Positions 52,712 through 64,000 of a stretch of DNA of 64,000 nucleotides are shown here, piece after piece; position 1 is the first letter of the stretch; each line of letters opens with the position of its first letter. The notes beneath the pieces were generated by a model, which saw nothing but the letters and a program-made list of their open reading frames with translations, made no database searches and was not told the DNA's origin. This DNA is from Octopus vulgaris. Taxonomy: Eukaryota. Made by a program: the position numbers and the translations under genes. The stretch is taken from positions 54,622,001 to 54,686,000 of the forward strand of contig OX597816.1 in assembly GCA_951406725.2 (NCBI GenBank), in the 5' to 3' direction.

Positions 52712-53104
52712 GGCGCAGGAGTGGCTGTGTGGTAAGTAGTTTGTTTACCAACCACATAGTTCCGGGTTCAGTCCCACTGCGTGGCACCTTGGGTAAGTGT
52801 CTTCTACTATAGCCTCGGGCCGACCAAAACCTTGTGAGTGGATTTGGTAGACGGAAACTGAAAGAAGCCCGTCGTATATATGTATTTATATATGTATGTG
52901 TGCGTGAATGTTTGTGTGTCTGTGTTTGTCCCCCTAGTATTGCTTGACAACCGATGCTGGTGTGTTTATGTCCCCGTCACTTAGCGGTTCGGCAAAAGAA
53001 AACGATAGAATAAGTACTGGGCTTACAAAGAATAAGGCGATTAAAGGCGGTGCTTCAGCATGGCGGCAGTCAAATGACTGAAACAAGTAAAGAGTAAAGA
53101 GAGT
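52712..53104 (+). mobile_element. SINE family B, full length
   Basis: ggcgcaggagtggctgtgtggtaagtag..gggttcagtccc..gactgaaacaagtaaagagtaaaga. Confidence 0.92.
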
Positions 53105-53803
53105 ATATCACTGGCGGGAAGATGAATCGCTGCTACCTCTAGTGATCGAACGTCCATCATTGATAATATCAAGAAAAGGTCGAAATCACGTGTTGTGGTA
53201 GTTTCGGTGCTAGAGGTGGTGGCCATTCATCTCCCCGCTACCGATATAAACAATAATACATTTTGCACGAAAAAGCCAATATGGGAGATTTTTTTCATGG
53301 TAACCATTGCAGTAAAGGATGTCCAAACGGAACATCTAGGTTTTTAAGTGGTAATAAATATTACCTCCCCGTATTGACACTTTCATCTGATGTTAAGAAA
53401 TATAAAATTATTTACGTTTTCTACGTAGAATCAATGAGATCTTTCTCAATATACATTGTTAGCATAAAATCCAAGAGAGTATCTGTAACCGAAATTGTTT
53501 AAATAATTTACTATGAACTTCTCAGATTCATAAATAGAACGCTAAGCACTTTGTTCCAATATTCGTTTCCTTTCAATGTTCTGCCGAATTTTACGCTTTC
53601 TACGAGTTTTGAGTGCGTCTTCATTGAACTGCACCGCTATGCAAAATCTCAAAATAGCTTTATAGTTTGGCATCGATCAGCGTTAAAATATTCGGACACA
53701 ATTACGTAATTCCTCTCTCCCTTTCTTTCTCTCCCTACACACACACACAAACACATATATATGCATGCATACATGCACACACATATATGTATACACACAC
53801 ATC

Positions 53804-53856
<53 letters not shown>

Positions 53857-55703
53857 TGGCCTGCTCGCGGTGTCTCTTAGCGTTTACTACATTGAGGTGA
53901 TTTATCCTAATATATCGCAGGATTAAAACTGTTATTTTAAAATCAAGAAATAAGATGCATAGAATACGCAGATTTGATTTTTGTTAGCGTACTTATGAAG
54001 TTTTAAAATTTCTTGTCAGTCATAATAATGTATGGCACTCTTTCAATCTTTTTGAAAGGAACAACATTACATAACCCGAGGTATATCAATTAAGCATATT
54101 ATGAAGTGAAACATTGCTTAAAGATGAAAAATTTATGGAATGTACATACTCCTTTTTTATGTTTTTCATTTTCTTTATGCAGTGAGAGTAGTTTAGTAAT
54201 CTAAGAAAAAAGAGAGAGATAAAAGAGTGTTCTTAGTATCTGTATACGGGGTAACTGTTTCCAGGGGGTTGTACCTTGTGAGAGCATTTTATAGAAGTAA
54301 ATGTTTTAGTTTCAACGACAAACAAAATCAGTAAGTGGTCTTCGATTTAGTCTTTCAGGTGTAGATATTGATTTCAAGTTGCTCTTCCATAGTCGCGTTA
54401 TGTAGGACAAACAGCTCACCCGAAACACAACACCTTGACTTTTCAGGTACAGGTTAGTTGGAATTTTTTAAATTCGCAACCAGAATATGTTAAACACATG
54501 ATGCCATCTAGCGGATAGTTAATGCACGGGAGGTAATAATCTCTTCAAAATAGAAATTTCAATTTTAAATTGAGGAATAAGGGAAAAAATGCATCTATCT
54601 ATCGATCTGTTTGTCTGTCTGTTTGTCTGTCTAGGAAGGGCAATGAGTATGGCTTTTTGTGGAGTCTTTGTGAGAAGTGGGATGTCTCAAGGAGTTTTAA
54701 GGCCTCCATAGAAAGAGGAAAGGGTTATGATATTTATAAGACCTTTATAGAAAGGGTAATGATTTTGGCATCACAACGCATCATAGGTTCTTCCGTAGCA
54801 GTGATTCATGAAAATAACAATATTTACCTTGACTAATTAACCATACCTAATATTCACAAATGCCTGTATTTTGCTAAAGGTACTCAATATCATTATGCTG
54901 CCCTTCACACATTACATCTACGAAACAAGAACAAAGACAATATACTTGACACGTTTCTCTTAGTATCCATCGCACACATTTGACTAACACGGCTTGCATC
55001 ACTGTGAAAATAACTAACCACTTTTATCAACTTGAGGCTCAGAAAACTGTAAAACTGTGAAAAGAGAACGTCGCTTGCCAGATGGTCAGACAGTTACACG
55101 GAATGACATTGCATTAAAATGTAATGAATCAATCCAGTAAATATTTAGTTGAAAGATCAACAGGATTTCACACTAATTTTCCGGATTAAAATCAAACCAA
55201 CAACCATATTTTACCATGAAGTAAAAATGTCAGTATTTACAAATTATAATCTTATTCTGAAAATATCTTAACGTTTTAATAGCATTCGCATAATTCAATA
55301 GATAATCAATATGGCTAAACTGGACGCTTCCTGTATATTATTTGCATAACTCAATACACTTGAAATATCATTTGAAATTACATTTTAATATTATTTGGAA
55401 AATGAAATCTACAGAATGTTTCTTGATGTCTGATTGCTTGGACGTGGATTCGAATTATCAATGAGTCATGTGGACTGAAACGGTTTCAATTCTTAGATAA
55501 TATTGAATTCAGTTCTTTGTCTTTTGAACTCAACTAACAGCCAATGGATCTGAAGTGAGGATTCATCTTAAGCTGCGGCATATTCACAGAGGCCCGAAGG
55601 AAGTAAAACAGTGGAACGTATAAGTGCAACCAGCATTAGATATCCTGAATGACACACGTGCACACACACGTACACACACACAAGCACGCACACATTCTAT
55701 TAA

Positions 55704-55812
55704 GTCACCTGATGAGGCTCCTTTGCACTGTGAAATGCAAATGATGTCATTATACCAATCCCCACCCACTATGGAGCAAGGCAGCAGGTAGCCGAAACGA
55801 TTGTTGTGGTGA
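55704..55812 (+). ncRNA. Hammerhead-like motif with an extended structured stem II, in a probable PLE terminal repeat
   Basis: GUCAC-CUGAUGA-GGCU-[70 nt]-AGCC-GAAA-C-GAUU-GUU-GUGGU, followed directly by AATAAA. Confidence 0.55.
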
Positions 55813-56019
55813 ATAAAGCTTCTAGTAATACTCCGTCTTCTGTATCAGTCATTTAAAACGTGCACCCAGGAACTTGTTACGCAAATCCAGCGACGAAAGC
55901 GGAGTACCACGGATGACGCCTGGTAGCCATAAGTGATGAACGTGCTCTGCAGACACACAACCCGAAAGAAGGTTTGTATAATTTTTTTATGACTCTTATC
56001 TAAATTTTAATTTCAAATT

Positions 56020-56056
<37 letters not shown>

Positions 56057-56483
56057 CGAGGATTTTTCGTCAGGGTGACACCAACTAATATAAGAGCACT
56101 CGGAGTGTTCAAATAGATATGCCACTAAACTTCCGGATTGAACTGTGGTTGAAGATGTGATTTTGTGATTCCCTCAGCAAAGCGGATAAAAGTGGTTGCC
56201 CTTTGAGTCTGTAGGTATTTCTCGCCGATGACGTTATACTCGACATATGGAAACTTCACTCGACTCGATATTCCAAAATTGGGATGTCCAAAAAACAGCT
56301 GTCTATACATTTTAATATATAGCTAAATTAAATGTCCTTATCAAACTACTGATATGTCTCTGTGTTTTAAACACAGTTTCTCCATAAAAGATGTAATCTC
56401 CGGACGAGTGTTGCATTTAATTATTTTTTGTGGTATATTTACATTGAGTATGATACACAAACGGCTATTTCAATCTAATACCG

Positions 56484-56970
56484 CTACTGTCTGGTAAGAA
56501 GGTTGCTCCTAAAGCTTATGGTTTCAGGTTCAGTCCTACTGCGTGACACCTCAGGTTGGCACATTTATTATAGCCCCAAGGTGACCAAAGAATTGTGAGT
56601 TAATATCGTCGAGAGAAACTTAAAGAAGTCTCTCTTGTATCACTCTCACTCACTCACTCACTCACTCACTCACTCATTCACTCAGTTTGTCTGTCTGTCG
56701 ATATGCATGTTGTATGTATGACTGTGTATGTGTGTGTATGTGCATGCGTCTGTGTCTTTTTGCGTTTGTGTTTGTTCCCTACCGCCGCTTGATAACCGGC
56801 GTTGGCTTGTTTACGCTTCAATGACTTAGCGGTCATGCAAAGTAAACGATATGATAAGTAGCAAACCAAAAAAAGAAAAAGCGTACTGAAGTCGATTTGT
56901 TCGACCAAACCCTTCAAAGCAGTGCGCCAGCATGGCCGTAGGCTAACGACAGAAACAATTGAAAGATAGA
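56484..56970 (+). mobile_element. Diverged SINE family B
   Basis: ggttcagtcctactgcgtgacacc..gtcgatttgttcgac..ccagcatggccg. Confidence 0.8.
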
Positions 56971-57003
56971 TAAGGTATGTATTAATCTTCTGTGAGTGTT
57001 CAA

Positions 57004-57200
57004 GGCGGAGAGCTGGCTGAGTCGCTAGCACGCAAGACAAAATGTTTAGTGATATTTCGTCAGCCTTATTTTCTGAGTTCAAATGCCACCGAGGACGACT
57101 TAACCTTTCATCGTTTTGGAGTCGACAAAATAAGTACCAGTTGAGCACTGGGTTTGATTTAATCGAACACCGCTGGAATTTTACCAAAATTTGAACCCAG
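57004..57200 (+). mobile_element. Diverged SINE family A
   Basis: ggcggagagctggc..ctgagttcaaat..gtcgacaaaataagtaccagttgagcactggg. Confidence 0.8.
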
Positions 57201-57764
57201 TAGTGTGTGTGTGTGCATCTGTTTCTTCGCTTGTACACACGCGTATGTGATGTACGATGGCTTTTACTACTGGAACTCCATGAGCTGAAGAGACAATGCT
57301 TTTCTGTTGAGTTTATACAATAAAAGTAAAATTTTACCGATCGAAATATTTTGTCTGTCTGTTATTAGAGATGTCGGACGCTACTGCCTGCGCTTTTAGT
57401 TAGCAGAATGCTCCCCCGAGCCATTAACTTTAGCCATTTAGTTGCTGATGCAATAACAGATGAGCCTTCTGTTTCAAGCAAGAAGCCAATGGTAAACAAT
57501 AACATCAAAAAACAAACAAACAAAAGAACAACAAAAATCCCTCCCCACTCTAAATCTCAAAATCAGACTAATGTAAAAATGGTAACACAATGAAAAAGAA
57601 ATCTAATTGTAATGCAATTCCCTGCTGAACCCATTGGCAAGCACTTGAAACCTTTGTCCTGTAAACAGATATGTGTTTTCGTCGAATGGCTTTCATATTT
57701 CAAAACAAATGATCGTTCCATTTTGCGCCTCACTGACTTTAAATTATGTTAAATAGAACTCGCC

Positions 57765-57810
<46 letters not shown>

Positions 57811-58102
57811 TGTATGTGTGTATCTATGTATGCATATGTCTATATGCACGTGTGTGTAAGTACATAGATCAGAGTAGTGTGTTGAGTGTTAAACAGATAT
57901 TTTTCTGAATAGTTAGAGATCAATATGTAAATCGAGTTTTGTGTGAAATTACAACATAATAGCATGATGGGAATTCAATTACTGCCTCACCCACCTCAAT
58001 TGCAAAACGCAACATCCATTTGGATTATTCTATTTTGTTACTCATCGATGCAAGCAGCAAGTGGCAATACATGAATGACTAGTGACGGACAAAGCGACCA
58101 AG

Positions 58103-58134
58103 TAATAATAATGATAATGATGATGCTGATGCTG

Positions 58135-58201
<67 letters not shown>
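58103..58201. repeat. (TAA)n microsatellite (5' flank / target of the Dong element)
   Basis: Directly visible. Confidence 0.95.
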
Positions 58202-58202
<1 letters not shown>

Positions 58203-58953
58203 TTTTTTAAATTGCAGCACAAGACCAAAGCCTCCCCACCAGCAATTACCAAAAACATGTAATGAAAAGAAATATTACAAGTAACTGCAGAATATGTGGA
58301 GATGGACAAGAAACAATAAATCATATTATCTCTAGCTACCCAGTCCTGGCTAAGAAGGAATATATTCACAGACATGGCAGAGTTGGAACCTACATACATT
58401 GGAAGCTATGCCAACATTATGGAATAACAACAGAAAAAAGATGGTATAGGCACACACCAGAAAAGGTCACAGAAAACGAGAAAGCAACCATACTCTGGGA
58501 TATGCCAATACACACAGATAGAGAAATTAAGGCCAACAGACCAGATATAGTTGTCAGAGATCATGAAGAAAAAAAATGCTTTCTAATTGATGTATCAATA
58601 CCGGCAGATGACAACGTGTCTCTAAAAGAAATGGAGAAACTCTCAAAATACAAAGACCTGGAAATAGAGGTAACTAGAATGTGGAACCTGAAAACAGAAA
58701 CAATTCCTATCATTGTAGGTGCATTAGGCATGATAAAAAAATATTCAGACAAATACATAACAAAAACACCAGGACTTACAAACACATATAACATACAGAA
58801 AATTGCACTACTAGGCACTGCACACATCCTACGCAGAACACTTTCCATACAATAACCATCAGAGCATCACAACAAATCACAGCACATACCCAAGGCACAC
58901 AGAGCTGCGCTCGGTAGTGAAGTGAAAGCACGCTATAAAAATAAAACTACTGA
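58202..58953 (+). mobile_element. 5'-truncated, young Dong/R4-clade non-LTR retrotransposon in (TAA)n; open C-terminal frame with zinc knuckle and restriction-like endonuclease
   Basis: FLIAAQDQSLPT..CRICGDGQETINHIISSY (last knuckle Cys changed to Tyr)..RH..NRPDIVVRD..LIDVSIP..EKLSKY..IPIIVGALG, stop at 58855; ~100-bp 3' UTR then (TAA)n. Confidence 0.92.
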
Positions 58954-58995
58954 ATAATAATAATAATAATAATGATAATAATAATAATAAAATGC

Positions 58996-59324
58996 ATACC
59001 GCAGCGAATAGCAAGTAGCATGGATATGTGACAGCGAACTACCGGGAAGATTAGATCAAATCTGAAAGCCTCACGAACCAGGAATTAAGAATCGGCAAGA
59101 ACAATGAAAGGAAACTATATTCTAATGTGAGCCATCTCAGGAAACTGGAATATATATATATATATATACACAAAAAAAAAACTTCCCCGAGATACTCCGA
59201 AACAACACGTGTGTGAAAATGTAAACACATGGATTACAATATTTCTATACGAAAACTGCAAATTTGTGAGTTAGATATTAAATTTAATATTTTAATTACA
59301 TATACATACATATTCATACACGAC

Positions 59325-59380
<56 letters not shown>

Positions 59381-59508
59381 GCACATTGCTGTCTCTTCTC
59401 GGTCTCTCGCTTACTTATCAATAATAATTATGAATACGAAAAATACCGCAGCGAATAGCAAGCAGCATGGACGTATGACAGCGAGCTGCCGGGAAGATTA
59501 GATCAAAT
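58996..59508 (+). repeat. Pair of 66-bp direct repeats (58996-59061 and 59443-59508)
   Basis: ataccgcagcgaatagcaag(t/c)agcatgga..tgacagcga(a/g)ct(a/g)ccgggaagattagatcaaat twice, with about 6 mismatches. Confidence 0.9.
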
Positions 59509-59559
59509 TTTTCGAAAATACGCATTCCTTCCTTTACTGTTTCGTCTATTTGTGGTGGG

Positions 59560-60370
59560 GACAAGCATTGCTTTTCTAATTGACACCGCTGTTCCTCATA
59601 TTTCCCATACCTCTAACAAAGAATTCACATAATCCTTAAATCGTAGTCTTGGTTTCTACTGGGAGCGCTTTCCACAAACAAGTTCTGCTTAGGGACCCTC
59701 CGATCATTCATTCAAACAAGATGTGTACTCCAACGTAAATGGTACTTGTGCATCATTGTCTAAATGTCCAGGATGTTGGTTCTCCTCAGAATTCTGTGCT
59801 TGGAATCCTCAAGGACCAGCCAACATTTCGAATGTGTCCCAAGCATCTCTGATGCAATCCTTTGAGGAACCTTACATGATGTTTGTAAAGAGTTCACGTC
59901 TCACACGAGTAAAGGAGAGACGTCAGAGCATTTGCAAGGTACAGAGCCTCTTTTGTTTGCCTTTTGATATGCCACGTTGAGATCAGACATGAGGTGGAAG
60001 CGCCCCCTAGAGGATCAGATGTCTTGCCTGAAAGATAATTCATCATCCACGGAGCAAGAACGGTCAAGTGTGTTGCCCAGGTACAAAGACTTGTCTCTCA
60101 CTTTCAGTCCTGCTCCTCCAACTAAGATGCATCGATTTATTCAAAATAGTTTCGAAGAGAGAAAAATGAATCAGACCACTTGGAAAGACCAGCTCCTCTC
60201 CTAGTAACCACCGAATTTCAATATTATCAAGCATTTGTAGTGCCTTTTGGCATCTTAAGTGAGGAGTCACTTCTCTCTGCCATCGTCACTGGAAGAACTA
60301 AAACAAGTTTCCTAACGGCTGTCAAAACTTGTACGGGTCAATTCCACAGCGTATAAACGCTGCGATTGAT
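59560..60370 (-). pseudogene. Decayed RTE-clade LINE C-terminal fragments
   Basis: Manual translation on -: LLYSCET*TLYKHHVRFLKGLHQRCLGHI and ELVCGKRSQ*KPRLRFKDYV. Confidence 0.7.
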
Positions 60371-60419
60371 GCCAAACGTAATCAATTCGATATTTTAAAA
60401 ATATCTCAGATCACAAAAC

Positions 60420-60575
60420 TTGAAATTTTGGGGATAGGAGTAAGTCGATTACATTGACTCCTTGGCTCAACTGGTAATTATTCCATTGAGTCCGAAAGAA
60501 TAAAAGTCTAAGGTGACACAAAGCAACATTTGATATCAGAATGTAAAGCAGGAAGAATTGAATTTTGTCCAGCAT
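60420..60575 (-). mobile_element. Highly diverged SINE family A
   Basis: aagtcgattacattgactcc..caactggtaatta..ccgaaagaataaaag. Confidence 0.6.
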
Positions 60576-60626
60576 AGTAACTTCGATTTAACAAGGTGCT
60601 TACATTATTCTTGTCTGGCACGTGTG

Positions 60627-60711
<85 letters not shown>

Positions 60712-60742
60712 GTCTGTCTGTCTGTCTAATATGTCTGTCTGA

Positions 60743-60830
<88 letters not shown>

Positions 60831-60831
60831 A

Positions 60832-60864
<33 letters not shown>

Positions 60865-60875
60865 ATCTATCTACC
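60627..60875. repeat. (TATC)n/(TGTC)n microsatellite
   Basis: Directly visible; forms the spurious N-terminal half of ORF 60558-61355. Confidence 0.95.
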
Positions 60876-60876
60876 T

Positions 60877-61625
60877 ACGGGCCGGGACCTATGGTCAACC
60901 TCCAGAGATCCCTGGCCTATCAGTGCTATCGAGAAGCGCTACCCGTTCGAGATAATCTCTACAGGCATGGCTCGAGAAACACGGAGCCGACCTATCCGAG
61001 ATGCGGTCAGAGCGAGGAAACCGTTCTGCAAGCACTCGTACAGTGTCCAACCATTTCCGACCTGTGTGCCTATGTCGAACGACTGCTACCGCGTGTGGGA
61101 CGAGTCAGTTTATCAACCGAGTCTATCGCGAATATTGTCGCGCCTCCTTCCTTGAAACGGGAAGGAAGAGGCATTTTCATCGTACTTGTGGCTATGGCGA
61201 AAGAATGTGTATGGAGGACCCATCTGAAAGGTCTAGAGACAAACAGTTTCCTTTCTGGTGAATCTCTCATCAACTTCTTCAAGTATCACTTGAAGAGGAA
61301 CGTGAGAGTAGAGAGGGAAGTTTTGTCTAGTGAATGTTTCAAAAAAGATAGGTGAATGTAGCAAGGATAGTACGTGTGATTGACGAAGCCACCTTGATCA
61401 TAATCCTATGAATCGAAAAGAAAAAGAAAGGAAAAAAGAGAGTCACTTACTGTAATGCGTTTTTTTGCATGACACTATTGCCCGAGGTTACCGTGGTCTC
61501 TTCTGTAGGCTTTTCTTTCCACGGATAAACATAATCTGTTTCCCTCTTTAGTGGCTCTGGAGTTTATTTTAGTATAAGCAGTACTGGTCAGCACCCTCCG
61601 TCACTTTTGTGACCTCTATTTATTT
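60877..61625 (+). pseudogene. 5'-truncated L1/Tx1-clade LINE 3' end (zf-RVT-like C-terminus plus 3' UTR)
   Basis: [35 protein letters not shown] (degenerate CxxC..ET..H..C knuckle)..AKECVWRT. Confidence 0.8.
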
Positions 61626-61923
61626 TGGCTATGTATGTATTTATGTATGTATGTATGTGTGTGTGTGTATGTATGTATATAAGTATGTATGTACGTACGT
61701 ACGTACGTACGTGTGTGCGTGTGTGTTAGAAAGAAAATTCGCTCATATAGTCCGTTCAATGAAGTCGTTGTTGTGGAATTATCTAATGAACCCATCTGGA
61801 ATATTGTTTAGTCACTCTCTTACTGGGAAGAGAAGAACATGCGATACTTTAGCGATATTTGAGACACTAACTCCGTCTACCTTCAAATATGTATATTATT
61901 TATACAGATATTTTATGTACTTA

Positions 61924-62349
61924 GGCGCAGGTGTGACTGAGTGGTAAGAAGCTTGCTTCCCACCACATGGTTCCGGGTTCAGCGTGACACCTTGCGCAGG
62001 TGCCATCCACTATTACCTCGGGCCAACTAAAGCGTTGTAAGCGGACTTAATAGACGGAAACTAAAAGAAGCCCGTCGTATACACACACACACACACATAT
62101 ATATATGCATATATGTATGTATGCATGTATGCATGTACTTGTGTGTCTGTGTTTGTTCCCCCACCATTGCTTGTCAACAGATGTTGGTGTGTTTACAGCC
62201 CCGTAACCTAGCGTCCTCGTAACCGATAGAATAAGTACTAGGCTTAGAAAGAATAAGTCCTGGGGTCGATTTGTTCGATAAAAGGCGGTGCTCCAGCATG
62301 GCCGCATTGGAATGACTGAAACAATTGAAAAAATAAAAGAATAAAAGAA
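61924..62349 (+). mobile_element. SINE family B, full length
   Basis: ggcgcaggtgtgactgagtggtaagaagcttgc..ggcggtgctccagcatggccgc..taaaagaataaaaga. Confidence 0.92.
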
Positions 62350-62462
62350 CATCAAGTCGGTTACATAACCTAGATATATTCAACAAGTATTTTGCACTGG
62401 ATATGTGGTCAATTTGCAGCACTCAAAACATAAATACTACTCTACCTTACAAAACCACTACC

Positions 62463-62880
62463 TATTTCTTTACTACCCACAAGGGGCTAAACACAGAGGG
62501 GACAAACAAGGACAGACAAAGGGATTAAGTCGATTACATTGACCCCAGTGCGTAACTGGTACTTACTTTATCGACCCGGAAAGGATGAAAGGCAAAGTCA
62601 ACCTCGGCGGAATTTGAACTCAGAACGTAGCGGCAGACGGAATACCTATTTCTTTATTACCCACAAGGGGCTAAACATAGAGGGGACACACAAGGACAGA
62701 CATAGGTATTAAGTCGATTATATCGACCCCAATGCGTAACAGGTACTTAATTTATCGACCCCCAAAAGAATGAAAGGCAAAGTCGACCTCGGCGGAATTT
62801 GAACTCACAACGTAACGGCAGACGAAATACCGCTAAGCATCACGCCCGGCGTGCTAACGTTTCTGCCAGCTCGTCGCCTT
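62463..62880 (-). mobile_element. SINE family A head-to-tail dimer within one 15-bp TSD
   Basis: Units about 62463-62646 and 62647-62880; tacaaaaccactacc at 62448-62462 and 62883-62897. Confidence 0.92.
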
Positions 62881-62884
62881 CCTA

Positions 62885-63040
62885 CAAAACCACTACCACC
62901 ACTACCACCACCGCAAACATCACCGTCGCCGCCACCATCACTGTCAGCATTATCACCGCCACCATTACCACTGCCAACACTGCCACTGCCTTCTCTACGA
63001 ACGTCATCACCGTCACTACCTCAACAATTAGCGCCACCAG
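62885..63040. repeat. Degenerate (CAC)n trinucleotide low-complexity tract
   Basis: Directly visible; source of the Thr/Pro-rich ORFs. Confidence 0.85.
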
Positions 63041-63767
63041 CACGAGAGAGCAGCAGGAGGGAGGAGGCAGGGAGTGCGAAAGAAAGGAAGGAGGAAAGAG
63101 GAAGAAAGTGGGGAGGGGGGACAGGGGTTCAAATGGGTGAAATACCAGCAGATATCAGTAAGAAGGTCGATTGACAATGAAATCTATCTATCAGCTATGT
63201 TTATCAGCATATACATATCTATTACATTCTTAATACACACACACACACACACGCACATGAAGGCGCGCATACGCGTACTCACATGCGCACACACTGATTG
63301 AGATAATCAGACAATCAATAAACAACCCAGATATAAAAGCCGTAAAATTTTGTGATACTCCGGTTTATTTTCAGGCCACAATACTCTCAATAAACTCCCA
63401 ATGAAAGCCTCTCAATGAAATGCTGCTTAGACTGTCTATAGCAATCTTTTCAAGTCGCATTGAACTCCTAACATCATATATCTCTTCTCTCTCTCTCTCT
63501 CTTTGTCTCTATGTCTCTCTGTCTCTTTGTCTACCTCTCTTTCTATTTTACTTCTTGTTCTGACTACAGATATGTAATGACAAATCACCATATTATGGGT
63601 TGTTCCACTTTGAAGTATTAAAACCGTCCTGATGTGGAATCACGAAACCGTTACTTTGCGGTGAGCGCATTTTAAATTCTAGTTCATTGAAACGGGGAAC
63701 AAAGCATATGTTTCGATTAATGGGTGAGTGGTATTATTTCCAAGTAGCGTACGGCACCAACAGAAGT

Positions 63768-64000
63768 GGAGGCGCAATGGCCCAGTGGTAAGGGCAGCGG
63801 ACTCGCGGTTTCGATTCCCAGACCGAGCGTTGTGTGTGTTTATTGAGCGAAAACACCTAAAGCTCCACGAGGCTCCGGTAGGGGGTGTTGGCGACCCCTG
63901 TTGTACTCTTTCACTCCAACTTTCTCTCACTCTTTCTTCCTGTTTCTTGTCCTCGACTTCCTACACAACCGCTGAGCCTGGATGCGCATTCATCCATCCG
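63768..64000 (+). mobile_element. SINE family C (runs off window end)
   Basis: ggaggcgcaatggcccagtggtaagggcagcggactcgcgg..aaacacctaaagctccacgaggctccgg, matches 17480. Confidence 0.9.

Noticed and set aside
58262-58855. 197-aa ORF as a cellular nuclease gene
   Set aside because: It is the 5'-truncated C-terminus of a Dong/R4 retrotransposon in its (TAA)n target, with a mutated zinc knuckle.
60558-61355. Longest ORF (265 aa) as a host gene
   Set aside because: The N-terminal half is (TATC)n read-through and the C-terminal half is a truncated Tx1/L1 ORF2 end.

Overview
AT-rich, repeat-dense, essentially non-genic eukaryotic (animal) DNA. The SINE families, Helitron and dense (TA)n/(CA)n/(TATG)n/(TATC)n/(TAA)n microsatellites resemble an octopus/coleoid cephalopod genome; this is inferred from pattern recognition, not a database match. 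I find no convincing host gene, and almost all listed ORFs are microsatellite read-throughs. Real coding remnants are decayed transposons: R4/Dong-clade, HERO-like, RTE, CR1 and Tx1/L1 non-LTR elements, a Penelope-like (PLE) RT and a DD37D/maT transposase. The most interesting signal is a set of short non-coding insertions, mostly in (TA)n tracts, that form long asymmetric fold-back palindromes (tail-arm-loop-arm) and/or carry minimal type-I hammerhead ribozyme motifs. One is a 505-bp circularly permuted unit present as 1.2 direct copies plus an inverted copy (40667-41724). Together they look like a PLE-dependent, ribozyme-bearing non-autonomous (retrozyme-like) retroelement system. Other points of note are precise SINE head-to-tail dimers inside single TSDs and an R4-like family that always abuts (CATA)n on its sense strand. 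Boundaries of decayed repeats are approximate (+/-10-30 bp).
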